NCBI GenBank assembly: GCA_039918595.1
Contig: JBDSHF010000028.1
Coordinates: 5,370-69,369 of the forward strand
DNA from: Thermoanaerobaculia bacterium
Lineage (GTDB): Bacteria > Acidobacteriota > Thermoanaerobaculia > Multivoradales > UBA5704
Direction: 5' to 3'
Length of the DNA stretch: 64,000 nt
Shown here: positions 25,642 through 34,837 of the stretch, one piece after another
How the letters are laid out: the number at the start of each line of letters is the position of its first letter
How positions within the stretch are numbered: position 1 is the stretch's first letter
Position numbers and translations under genes: made by a program
The notes under the pieces: generated by a model
The model's database searches: none
What the model was told of the DNA's origin: nothing
Seen by the model: only the letters and a program-made list of their open reading frames with translations

Positions 25642-28600
25642 ATGGCGAGCCGGGTTGAGGAGCGCACCCACCATTTCTTCCGGTGGGAACGGCGGGGCCG
25701 CGGACGGCGGAGCTTCCTGTCTCCCGTCTCGCTTGAGCCGCCCTTCACTCCCTTTTGGTTCGTGAAACATGCCGCGCCCGCCCTCGATGACGGCAGGCAT
25801 CACACCTTCTTGTCAGCCTTCCTCGAACGGTTCTCTGGTAAGCGGGAGGCGCCGCCACCTGAGCCCGAGATCGAAGAGCCGGAGGCGGAACCCGGAGACG
25901 AGGGGGAGCCTGTCGAGCTACGGGTCCTCCTGCCGCAGGAGCTTTCCGTCACGGCGGCGCTCTCCGAAGGCTTCCTCAAGAGCCTTGCGGCCGTCCATAC
26001 GCCGCTCTCGCTGGAACTGGTCGGCATAGGCGGAGAGGTGGCGGTTTCCCTCACCAGCCGCAGGACGGCGGTGCCGATCCTCTCCTCCCAACTGCGGGCC
26101 TTCTTCCCGGAGGTACGCCTGGAGGAGGAAGAAGATCTCCTCCTCACTGCCTGGGAGTCGGGAGTGGAGGGTGTCTTCGGCGCCGTCGAGCTTGGCCTGT
26201 CCCGCGAGTTCATGCTACCCCTCGGCCGTCCGCGAAACTTCACGCCCGATCCCTTGACCGCGATCGTGGGAGCGCTTGCGGAGACTGCGCCCGGCGAGGT
26301 TGTCATCGTCCAGGTGCTCTTTCAGGGAGTGCGGTCGCCGTGGGCGGAGAACATCGTGCGGTCGGTGACCACACCCTCCGGCGAGCCCTTCTTCGCTGAC
26401 GCTCCCGAGGTCACCAAGCTTGCCCGCGAGAAAGTATCCGCACCGCTCTTCGCCGTTGCCGTTCGCGTCGTGGCGCGGGGAGCAACCGAGGAGCGGCTGT
26501 GGACGCTTCTCTCGGGTAGCCTTGGCGCGCTCGTGGGCGCAACGAGAGGTGACAACGAACTTGTGCCGCTCGGGACGGATGACAGTACCGAGATCTTGGG
26601 AGACGTGCTCCTGCGCAGGACCCACCGGAGCGGCTTTCTCCTCTCGCTTCCCGAGCTGCTTCCCCTGGTTCACCTTCCGTCGCCCTCGATCCCCGGCATC
26701 GCCCGGGACACCGGCCGCACCAAGCTCCTCCCCGAGGAGGCACAGGAAGGCGGGCTCTTCCTCGGGTACAACGTCCATGCGGGAAGGGAGCGCGAGGCGC
26801 GGCTCTCGACGGACGCGCGCCTCCGCCACGTGCATGTCGTGGGGGCTTCGGGCACCGGCAAGTCAACGCTTCTGGTGTCCATGATCCTCCAGGACATTGC
26901 CGCCGGGCACGGCGTGGGCGTCATCGACCCGCACGGCGATCTCATCGACCACGTGCTCGGCGGGATTCCTGAAAACCGAGCGGCGGACGTAATCCTCTTT
27001 GACCCGGCCGACCCGGAGCATGTCGTCGGCTGGAACATACTCTCCGCGCACTCCGAAGCAGAGAAAGACATGCTCTCCTCGGACCTCGTTGCGGTCTTCC
27101 GCAGGCTTTCGACCTCCTGGGGCGACCAGATGACGGCGGTCCTTGCGGGCGCGATTCTCGCCTTCCTGGAGTCAGAGCGGGGCGGCACGCTCCTCGATCT
27201 GCGGCGGTTCCTCGTGGACCAGGGCTTCCGGCGGGAGTTTCTCGCCACCGTCCGCGACGAGTATGCCCGAGACTTCTGGACGAGAGAGTTTCCGGTGCTC
27301 AAGGGCTCGCCTCAGGCGTCGATCGTGACCCGGCTCGATACGCTTCTCCGGGGCAAGCTCGTGCGCGGGGTGGTGACGGCCAGAGACAAGCCCCTGGACT
27401 TCCGGGGAGTGGTGGACGACCGGCGGATCTTCCTGGCGAAGCTCTCGCAGGGTGCCATCGGCGAGGAGAACGCTGCGCTCCTGGGGTCGCTTCTCGTCTC
27501 GAAGATCCACCAAGTATGCCTTCTGCGGCAGGATCAGGCCGAGGGTTCGCGCCGGCCGTTCTTCCTCTACCTCGACGAGTTCCACAACCTCGCGACGCCC
27601 TCCATGGCGACGCTCTTCTCCGGGGCGCGCAAGTACCGCCTCGGGGTGACCGTCGCGCATCAGGATCTCTACCAGCTCCACGCCTCCGTTCCCGAAGTCG
27701 AACGGGCCGTCCTCGGGAACGCATACACCCGGATCTGCTTCCGCCTCGGCGACGAGGACGCCCGGACCTTATCTGCGGGCTTCTCCTTCTTCACGGCAGA
27801 CGACCTCGGGAACCTCGACACCGGAAGAGCGATCTGCCGGGTGGGCAGGAAGGAGCACGACTTCAACCTCTCCGTCGTGCCGATGGAGCATGGAGACCCT
27901 GAGGCGCATGAAGCGAGGCGCCGGGATGTCCGGGCGCGGTCGCTTGCGAGGTGGGGCGCGCCGCGCTCTGCGGAGCCGCCGGCGGCTCCCGCACCTCCCG
28001 AGAGGCCACGAGCGGAAGCACCGCCACGAGTCGAAGTGCCACTGGCGCAGCCGCAACCCAAACGAGAGACAGCCCCGCCGCCTTCGGCTCCGCCCCCTCT
28101 ACCCGCACAGGTGCAAGCTCCCGAGCCACCTCCGGTCGAACCGCGCCGCCCGGGCAAAGGCGGGCCGGAGCACACGTATCTCCAGGAACTCATCAAGCGG
28201 TGGGGAGAGGAGAAGGGCTTCCGGGCAGTGGTCGAGGAGCAGATTGCGGGCGGCAGGGAAAGCATAGACATCGCCCTCTACCGGGGCGACCTCAAGATCG
28301 CCTGCGAGGTCTCGGTCACGACGCCTCTTGAATATGAGGTCGGGAACGTGGAGAAGTGCCTTGCGGCCGGATTCGGGACGGTGGCGGTCGTGTCTCTCAA
28401 GAAGGCCCGACTCGCGAAGCTCGGAAAGCTCCTCGACGAAGCCATTCCTTCCGAGAGCCGGGCCAAGGTCCACCTATTCACGACGGAGGAGTTGCTCTCA
28501 TGGCTTGAGGGGCAGCCGGTCCACGAGGAGGTGAAAACTGTCAGGGGATGGAAGGTCAAGGTCAAGTACCGCGATCCGGGAGATGACCGCATGAAGCGCG

Positions 28601-28650
28601 TCGCCGAGATCCTGGCCCGGAGTACGAGCGGGCTAGAGAAGGATGGGTAG
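25642..28650 (+). CDS. Large FtsK/HerA/VirD4-like P-loop ATPase (1002 aa) with an N-terminal domain of unknown function, a Pro-rich linker and a C-terminal PD-(D/E)xK/Mrr-Hjc-like nuclease-fold domain.
   Basis: HVHVVGASGTGKSTLLVSMILQDIAAGHGVGVIDPHGD Walker A. FFLYLDEFHNLAT Walker B. RKYRLGVTVAHQDLYQL. Linker PPAAPAPPERPRAEAPP...PPPLPAQVQAPEPPPVEP. C-terminal GEEKGFRAVVEEQIAGGRESIDIALYRGDLKIACEVSVTT fits an E...D...E(V)S restriction-endonuclease-like core. Confidence 0.8.
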   Translation: MASRVEERTHHFFRWERRGRGRRSFLSPVSLEPPFTPFWFVKHAAPALDDGRHHTFLSAFLERFSGKREAPPPEPEIEEPEAEPGDEGEPVELRVLLPQELSVTAALSEGFLKSLAAVHTPLSLELVGIGGEVAVSLTSRRTAVPILSSQLRAFFPEVRLEEEEDLLLTAWESGVEGVFGAVELGLSREFMLPLGRPRNFTPDPLTAIVGALAETAPGEVVIVQVLFQGVRSPWAENIVRSVTTPSGEPFFADAPEVTKLAREKVSAPLFAVAVRVVARGATEERLWTLLSGSLGALVGATRGDNELVPLGTDDSTEILGDVLLRRTHRSGFLLSLPELLPLVHLPSPSIPGIARDTGRTKLLPEEAQEGGLFLGYNVHAGREREARLSTDARLRHVHVVGASGTGKSTLLVSMILQDIAAGHGVGVIDPHGDLIDHVLGGIPENRAADVILFDPADPEHVVGWNILSAHSEAEKDMLSSDLVAVFRRLSTSWGDQMTAVLAGAILAFLESERGGTLLDLRRFLVDQGFRREFLATVRDEYARDFWTREFPVLKGSPQASIVTRLDTLLRGKLVRGVVTARDKPLDFRGVVDDRRIFLAKLSQGAIGEENAALLGSLLVSKIHQVCLLRQDQAEGSRRPFFLYLDEFHNLATPSMATLFSGARKYRLGVTVAHQDLYQLHASVPEVERAVLGNAYTRICFRLGDEDARTLSAGFSFFTADDLGNLDTGRAICRVGRKEHDFNLSVVPMEHGDPEAHEARRRDVRARSLARWGAPRSAEPPAAPAPPERPRAEAPPRVEVPLAQPQPKRETAPPPSAPPPLPAQVQAPEPPPVEPRRPGKGGPEHTYLQELIKRWGEEKGFRAVVEEQIAGGRESIDIALYRGDLKIACEVSVTTPLEYEVGNVEKCLAAGFGTVAVVSLKKARLAKLGKLLDEAIPSESRAKVHLFTTEELLSWLEGQPVHEEVKTVRGWKVKVKYRDPGDDRMKRVAEILARSTSGLEKDG

Positions 28651-28791
28651 GTAGGTACTCTCCGGCGCCGCATCCCGCCACAGGGGCACCTTGTGGCGTC
28701 TTTCCGGCTACCATCGGCGCGCGTACGGTGGGCGAAGAGTGTTCTTCACACCTTCAACCCTCCGCGAGAGCGGATCTCTTTGGAGACAAGG

Positions 28792-30375
28792 ATGATGCGT
28801 CCCCGAACCCCTAACAGCGAAGGCAAACGGGTGGGGCTCTGGATCAGAGTCTCGACCGAAGACCAAGCACGGGGCGAGAGTCCCGAGCACCACGAAGCGC
28901 GCGCCCGGATGTATGCCGAGAGCAAGGACTGGACCGTCATAACGGTCTACCACCTCGAAGGCGTGTCAGGGAAGTCGGTCATGCAGCACCCCGAGGCACA
29001 GCGGATGCTTGCCGATGTCAGGCAAGGGTCGATCTCCGGCCTCATCTTCTCCAAGCTCGGCCGCCTAGCCCGGAACACGACCGAGCTACTGGAGTTTGCC
29101 GCGATCTTCGAGCAGCACGGTGCCGACCTCATTTCCCTCGGCGAGTCGATCGACACCTCCACTCCCGCCGGCCGTCTCTTCTACACCTTGATCGCCGCCA
29201 TGGCGACCTGGGAGCGAGAGGAGATCGCCTCTCGGGTCGCGGCTTCCGTGCCTATCCGGGCCAAGCTCGGGAAGAAGCTCGGCGGAGCCGCCCCCTACGG
29301 CTACGCCTGGAAGGACGGCAAGCTCGCCCCTGAAGAGAAAGAGGCGCCTGTCCGGAAGCTCATGTATGAACTCTTCCGACAGACCAAGCGCGTGCGGACG
29401 GTTGCCCGGCTCTTGAACGAGCAAGGATACCGGACCCGAAACGGAAGCCTCTTCACCCATGTCACGGTGCGGCGCCTCATCCTCGACCCCACCGCTAAGG
29501 GGGTACGCCGCGCCAACTACACCAAGAGCCTGGGTGACGGGAAGAAGTGGAAGCTCAAGCCCGAAAGCGAATGGGTAGAGCTGCCAGTCCCCCCGATCGT
29601 GGACGAAGCGGTCTGGGAATCGTGCGCCTCGATCCTCCGGGAGAGGGCGAACGGCCGCAAGCCCGGTCCCCGGACAGTCCACCTCTTCACTGGCGTTGTC
29701 TTCTGCCATTGTGGGCGGAAGATGTACGTGCCCTCGAACAACCCTAAGTGGATCTGCCAGGGGTGCCACAACAAGATCCCCATTCCGGACCTTGAGGCCG
29801 TCTTCGAAGAACGGCTTCAGGCGCTCGTCTTCTCCCCTGAGCAGTTTGACGTCCACCTTCGGGAAACAGAGGCGACGATCGAGGCAAAGCGGGAGGAGCT
29901 GGCAGTGCTACTGCGGGAAGAAGACTCCGTAAAGGCTGAGTCCGACAAGCTCTACCGCCTCTACCTCGAAGGGGGCCTCCCGGTCCCGGCCTTTCGGGAA
30001 AGGAACGATCCTCTGGAGGAGCGGAAAGAGCAACTGCGGCTCCAGATTCCCCGGCTCAAGGGAGAGATAGACTTCCTCGTGATACGGCAGCTCGGAAGTA
30101 CAGAGACTCTTGTCGAGGCCCAGACCCTCTACGAGAAGTGGGCGATCCTCTCCTTCGGGATCAAGCGGGAGATCGTCGAAACCATCGTGGAGCGGATCGA
30201 CGTCGGGGTGGGCGATGTCGAGATCACCCTCTCTTGCGACATACCCGAGCCCCCCGACTTCCCCCTTTCCCCTGAACTCATGGCAGAAGGGGAACGAATC
30301 TCCAGGGATTCATCGCGGCGAGCAGGGAAAACCGGGCCGGGAAGACCAGCCGGGCGCGGGCCCGCACGACGCTGA
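28792..30375 (+). CDS. Large serine recombinase (integrase) at the element's right end. The last ~25 codons and the stop lie in comM-derived host DNA.
   Basis: [12 protein letters not shown] catalytic serine motif, recombinase domain and zinc ribbon [21 protein letters not shown]. Start trimmed to MMRPRT. The ORF runs across the junction at ~30298. Confidence 0.85.
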   Translation: MMRPRTPNSEGKRVGLWIRVSTEDQARGESPEHHEARARMYAESKDWTVITVYHLEGVSGKSVMQHPEAQRMLADVRQGSISGLIFSKLGRLARNTTELLEFAAIFEQHGADLISLGESIDTSTPAGRLFYTLIAAMATWEREEIASRVAASVPIRAKLGKKLGGAAPYGYAWKDGKLAPEEKEAPVRKLMYELFRQTKRVRTVARLLNEQGYRTRNGSLFTHVTVRRLILDPTAKGVRRANYTKSLGDGKKWKLKPESEWVELPVPPIVDEAVWESCASILRERANGRKPGPRTVHLFTGVVFCHCGRKMYVPSNNPKWICQGCHNKIPIPDLEAVFEERLQALVFSPEQFDVHLRETEATIEAKREELAVLLREEDSVKAESDKLYRLYLEGGLPVPAFRERNDPLEERKEQLRLQIPRLKGEIDFLVIRQLGSTETLVEAQTLYEKWAILSFGIKREIVETIVERIDVGVGDVEITLSCDIPEPPDFPLSPELMAEGERISRDSSRRAGKTGPGRPAGRGPARR

Positions 30376-31351
30376 CGTTCCCCTCTTCGAGCGGCTGGCG
30401 CAGGGCTTCCAGGGTGTCGCGCCGGAATTCCGGGAGCTCGTCGAGGAAGAGGACGCCGTTGTGGGCCAGGCTCGCCTCGCCCGGCCGCGGGTTGCTGCCG
30501 CCGCCGATCATCCCCGCCGTGCTGGTCCCGGTGTGCGGGCTGCGGAACGGCCGCTGGCGCAGCAGCCCCGCCGGCGGCTCCTCGGCCACCAGGGAGTGGA
30601 CCTTGGTGACCGCGATCGACTCCGCCAGGGTGAGCGGCGGCAGGATCCCCGGCAGGCGGCGGGCGAGCATGGTCTTCCCTGAGCCTGGAGGCCCGAGGAA
30701 GAGGAGGTTGTGGCCGCCGGCCGCGGCCACCTCCAGAGCCCGTTTCGCCATCTCCTGCCCCCGCACCTCGGAGAGGTCGGGCGCCCCCATCAGCAACTCA
30801 ATGGAAAAGGGGGGAGCCGGGACGGCCGGCAGCTCCGCCTCACCCGTAAGGTGCTGGACGGCCTCGGCAAGCCCCCGGAGACCGAAGACCGGGACGGCTT
30901 CGAGGGCAGCCGCCTCGGCGGCGTTGGCCGCCGGCAGCAGGACCTCGCGGACTCCCATGCGGCGCCCGAGGTCGGCGATGGCCAGACCGCCGCGCACGGA
31001 GCGGATGGCGCCGTCGAGCCCCAGCTCGCCGCAGATCAGCCGCCCGGCGAGGGCGTCCTGCGGGATCTGCTCGTAGGCCGCGAGCATCGCCAGGGCAATG
31101 GCGAGGTCGAGGTGGTTGCCCTCCTTGCGGAGGTCGGCCGGCGCGAGATTGATGATGATGGACTTGGGTTCCAGGTCGAAGCCGCAGTTTTTGATCGCGG
31201 CGCGCACCCGCTCGCGGCTCTCGCGGACCGCGGCATCGGCAAGTCCCACGATCTGAATCTGCGGGAGTCCGTTCTGGACGTCGACCTCTACCTGGACGGG
31301 GCGTGCTTCGATCCCCCATGGCGTGGCGGTGGTGGCTCTGGCTAGCATCAA
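30298..31351 (-). pseudogene. comM: comM/yifB (Mg-chelatase-like competence ATPase), 3'-truncated by the island insertion.
   Basis: N-terminal Lon-like domain plus AAA domain [21 protein letters not shown]. Identity to the family ends after ...[11 protein letters not shown], where CPCG is expected; the reading frame instead runs into island sequence (WRFVPLLP*). Confidence 0.8.
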
Positions 31352-31461
31352 CCCAGATAAGACGTAAAATCCACCTCCAATCTTCTTCGCCCTAGAACGG
31401 CGGGGGTTTGCGGACCCCCTTTTGATCTACTTCGAAACTTCATGAAACGAAAGAATAGACT

Positions 31462-32619
31462 GTGAACGTCCTCGTCGTCGCCACCAAAGCGCCCTGGCCG
31501 GCGATCGACGGCGGGCGCTTCCTGCTCCTCAACACCCTCCGGGGCCTTACCGGAGCAGGCTGCCACGTCACGCTGGTGGCACCGGTCGATCCGGCGCGGT
31601 TCGAGCTCTCCGAGGTCGCTCGCGAGCTCTCCGCCGTCTGTACACCGGCGCTGGTCCCGGCGTCTCCCTTGCCCCCCGCGGTGGCGCTGCTCCGTTCCGG
31701 CGGAACGCCGTTGTCGATCGCCCGCCACTCGCTCCCCGCCGTGCGGCGTGAGGTGGAGCGCCGGATCGCGGCGGAGCGCTTCGACCTCGTCCACGCCGAG
31801 CAGCTCCAGGCGCTGCCGCAGGCCGAGCCCGCCTACGCCCGGCGGATTCCAGTGGTGCTGCGGGCGCAGAACGTGGAGAGCGATCTCTGGGCGGCCACGG
31901 CCCGGCAGGGGAGAGGGCCGCGGGGACTCCTACTGCGCCGGGAAGCGAAGAAGCTGGCGGCCTGGGAAGGGAGCGCGGTCCGCCGGGCCGCCGCGACTCT
32001 GGCGCTGACGGCGGAGGACGCGGCCCGATTGCGCGAGTTGGCCGGCGGAGAAGGGCGAGTCGCGGTCGTCCGCGCGGCCTTCCCGGATCTCCCTCCGGGA
32101 ACGGGACGGCTGGAAGGCGATCCGGCGGTGACGGTCTTCGGCAGCCGAGGGTGGCTGCCCAATGAGGAGTCGACCGCCTGGTTCGCCGCCGAGGTCTGGC
32201 CCGCCGCGCGCGCCGAGTCTCCTGGCGCGGTCCTCCATCTCTTCGGATCAGAAGCGCCCGGCGCCGTTTCACACCCTTCGCCGGCCGATAGCAGCGAGGT
32301 CTACGCGCCGGGCTCGATCCTCGCCGTCCCCCTGCGCATCGCCTCCGGGGTACGTATCAAGATCCTGGAAGCCTGGGCCCGCGGCATCCCGGTGGTCGCG
32401 ACCCCCGCCGCCCTCGCCGGCCTGGAGGCGGAGGATGGGCGGGAGGCCCTGGTCGCCCGCGATGCAGGAGAGTTTGCCGTCGCGATCGGCCGGATTCACC
32501 GCGATCCCGCGCTCGCCGCGGCGCTCGTCGAAGCGGGCCACCGGGCGCGGCGGGAGCGGCATGATCCAGGAGCGGTGGCGCGGAGGTTGATGGAGGAATA
32601 TGAGAAGGCGGCGGGTTAA
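31462..32619 (+). CDS. Glycosyltransferase family 4 (GT-B) protein.
   Basis: MNVLVVATKAPWPAIDGGRFLLLNTLRGL N-terminal GT4 pattern. The C-terminal EX7E-like region GIPVVATPAALAGLEAEDG. GTG start. Confidence 0.7.
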   Translation: MNVLVVATKAPWPAIDGGRFLLLNTLRGLTGAGCHVTLVAPVDPARFELSEVARELSAVCTPALVPASPLPPAVALLRSGGTPLSIARHSLPAVRREVERRIAAERFDLVHAEQLQALPQAEPAYARRIPVVLRAQNVESDLWAATARQGRGPRGLLLRREAKKLAAWEGSAVRRAAATLALTAEDAARLRELAGGEGRVAVVRAAFPDLPPGTGRLEGDPAVTVFGSRGWLPNEESTAWFAAEVWPAARAESPGAVLHLFGSEAPGAVSHPSPADSSEVYAPGSILAVPLRIASGVRIKILEAWARGIPVVATPAALAGLEAEDGREALVARDAGEFAVAIGRIHRDPALAAALVEAGHRARRERHDPGAVARRLMEEYEKAAG

Positions 32620-33554
32620 AACTCCCCCACCAGCGAAATCTCCACCTCCAACCGATATCCCGTCTCCTTCTCGACCCCCTTCTGGCAACGGGCGATCAGC
32701 GCCCGCACGTCCGCCGCGGTGGCGCCTCCGGTATTGATGAAGATGTTGGCGTGGCGCTGGGTGATCATGGCGCCGCCGATGCGCGTGCCCTTCAAACCGC
32801 ACTGGTCGATCAGGCGGCCGGCACCGATCCCCTCGATCTTCTTGAAGATGGAGCCGGCGCTCGGCTCGGTGTCCAGGGGCGGGTGGCGCTCGTGGCGCCA
32901 CTGGAGGTTCTCCTCGACGATCCGCCGCATCCGCTCCGGGTCCTCCGGCGCTAGCTGAAAAGTGGCGGCGAGCACCACGTCCGGCCGGTGGTGGAGGACC
33001 GAAGTGTCGTAGCCGAATTCGAAGTAGTCGACGCCCACCGTCCGGCGCTTCCCCTCCGCGGTCAGGATCTCCGCTCCCTTCGTCACCTCGGCGATGAACA
33101 TCGTCCGCTCGCGGGCCGGGGCGGGGGAGAGGAAATGAAGGTTCTGCCAGAGCGCGCCCCCCACGGTCGAGGGGATGCCCACGTAGTGCTCCAGCCCGGA
33201 GAGGCCGTGCGCGGTCGCCGCCTCGATCAGATCGGGCCAGACGATCGCTCCGCTCTCGGCGCGCACCGTCCCCTCCCCGGGGGAGAATTCGAGATGCCGC
33301 GCCAGGTTCCGGATCACCAATCCCCGGAACCCGCGGTCGCCGATCAGGATGTTGGCGCCCAGCCCGAGCAGGAAGAATGGAACTCCGTGATCGCGGGCGG
33401 CGAGGAGGGCCGCCGCCAATTCGTCCGCCGTCGCCGGCTCATAGAAGAGGTCGGCCGGACCGCCGATCTTGAAGGTGGTATAGGGGGCCAGGACCTCGCC
33501 GGTCCGCACCCGGTCCGGTCCCAGCGCCCGGCGGAGGGCCTCGTACCCCTTCAC
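32616..33554 (-). CDS. murB: UDP-N-acetylenolpyruvoylglucosamine reductase.
   Basis: FKIGGPADLFYEPATADELAAAL FAD-binding N-terminus and a C-terminal MurB domain. Confidence 0.85.
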   Translation of the reverse strand: MKGYEALRRALGPDRVRTGEVLAPYTTFKIGGPADLFYEPATADELAAALLAARDHGVPFFLLGLGANILIGDRGFRGLVIRNLARHLEFSPGEGTVRAESGAIVWPDLIEAATAHGLSGLEHYVGIPSTVGGALWQNLHFLSPAPARERTMFIAEVTKGAEILTAEGKRRTVGVDYFEFGYDTSVLHHRPDVVLAATFQLAPEDPERMRRIVEENLQWRHERHPPLDTEPSAGSIFKKIEGIGAGRLIDQCGLKGTRIGGAMITQRHANIFINTGGATAADVRALIARCQKGVEKETGYRLEVEISLVGEF

Positions 33555-33982
33555 GGCTCGTCGATCATCTGGATCCGCCGGACGTGCCGGCCCCCCTCGA
33601 ACGGGGTGTCGAGCCAGATCTGCACGATGGAGAGGGCGAGCTCGATCGGCATCATCCGCTGACCGAGGGAGAGCATGTTGGCGTCGTTGTGCTGGCGGCC
33701 GAGCTGGGCGGACTCCTCATTCCAGCAGAGGACGCAGCGGATGCCGCGCACGCGGTTGGCGGTGATCGCCTCGCCGTTCCCCGAGCCGCCGAGCACGATC
33801 CCGCGCTCGACCTTGCCCGCCGCCACCGCCAGGGCGACCGGCCGGATGAACGCCGGATAGTCGACGGTCATCTCCGATTTCGTCCCGAAGTCCTGCACCT
33901 CGTGGCCGCGTTTGGCGAGGTACTTCTTGATCTCTTCCTTATAGCGATAGCCGGCGTGGTCGGAGCCGATGCCGATCTTCAT
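33551..33982 (-). CDS. rpiB: Ribose-5-phosphate isomerase B (RpiB/LacAB family).
   Basis: MKIGIGSDHAGYRYKEEIKKYLAKRGHEVQDFG. Confidence 0.85.
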   Translation of the reverse strand: MKIGIGSDHAGYRYKEEIKKYLAKRGHEVQDFGTKSEMTVDYPAFIRPVALAVAAGKVERGIVLGGSGNGEAITANRVRGIRCVLCWNEESAQLGRQHNDANMLSLGQRMMPIELALSIVQIWLDTPFEGGRHVRRIQMIDEP

Positions 33983-34036
33983 CTTGCACTCCTTGGAATG
34001 GACTACGGTTCGGGTCCAGGATTGTACGCCAAGTCG

Positions 34037-34837
34037 CTATAACTCCGCCGTATGGCCCCGCCGCCGCACCTCGAACAGCACCAGCGCCGCCGCCACCGTC
34101 GCGTTGAGCGACTCCACCGCCGCCGCCATCGGGATCGTCAAGCGCAGGCCGGCGCGATCGAGGAGGGCGGGGGAGAGGCCCGGGCCCTCGGCGCCCACGG
34201 CGAGGACCAGGGTACCCGCGAGTGGGGCGTGATAAAGATCCTCGCCGTCGCGGGGGACGAGGGCGGCCCAGCGCGGGTGGGCGGCGGCGAGATGGGCGTC
34301 CAAGGCTTCGGGCTCGACGCCCACCGCCACCGGCAGGCGCAGGAGGCTGCCGGCCGAGGCGCGGAGGGCGCGGGGGTGGTTCGGGTGGACGCAGCCGGGG
34401 GAGAGAGCGAGGCCCGCGGCGCCGGCCGCCTCGGCCACGCGGGCGAGAGCGCCGAGGTTGCCCGGGTCCTGGAGGCCATCCAGATAAAGGTAGGGGCGGT
34501 CCGTCTCGACCGGCAGGGACGCGACCCCGGAGCGGGGGAGGAGAGCCACGGCGAGGAGGCCGCGAGGGGAGTCGGCGTCGGTCAGCTCGTCCAGGACCTC
34601 GGGGCTCACCTCCAGCGGCGACCCCGCCAGCCCCGGCAGCCTCGACAGCAGATGGGCGAGCCGCCGCCCTTCGGGGGTGTCCAGGAAGCCGGGGGTCGCC
34701 AGCACCTCCTCGAGAACGAGACCCGCCGCCAGGGCTTCCGCGACGAGATGAGGCCCCTCGAGCAAGGCGCGGTCGCCTTTACTTCGCCGGAGCCGCCGAA
34801 TATCCTTGACCCTTTGGTTGTGACGACTGGAGATCAT
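34037..34837 (-). CDS. TrmH/SpoU-family RNA 2'-O-methyltransferase; start trimmed to MISSRHNQRVK.
   Basis: N-terminal HNQRVKDIRRLRRSK and a C-terminal SPOUT region LAVGAEGPGLSPALLDRAGLRLTIPM...ESLNATVAAALVLFE. Confidence 0.75.
   Translation of the reverse strand: MISSRHNQRVKDIRRLRRSKGDRALLEGPHLVAEALAAGLVLEEVLATPGFLDTPEGRRLAHLLSRLPGLAGSPLEVSPEVLDELTDADSPRGLLAVALLPRSGVASLPVETDRPYLYLDGLQDPGNLGALARVAEAAGAAGLALSPGCVHPNHPRALRASAGSLLRLPVAVGVEPEALDAHLAAAHPRWAALVPRDGEDLYHAPLAGTLVLAVGAEGPGLSPALLDRAGLRLTIPMAAAVESLNATVAAALVLFEVRRRGHTAEL

Larger units (their letters stand above)
1..30298. mobile_element. Integrative (ICE/IME-like) genomic island, right-hand part; inserted in comM. The left end lies beyond the window start.
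   Basis: Two large serine recombinases, ArdC-like, Toprim/P-loop replication module and T4CP-like ATPases. comM reading frame is lost at ~30298. A lower-GC segment lies at 18.9-25 kb. Many XRE regulators. Confidence 0.7.

Noticed and set aside
31390-31420. Hairpin gggggtttgcggaccccctttt between comM and the glycosyltransferase as a terminator
   Set aside because: It lies between divergently transcribed genes, so it cannot terminate either. Possibly a 5' leader structure only.
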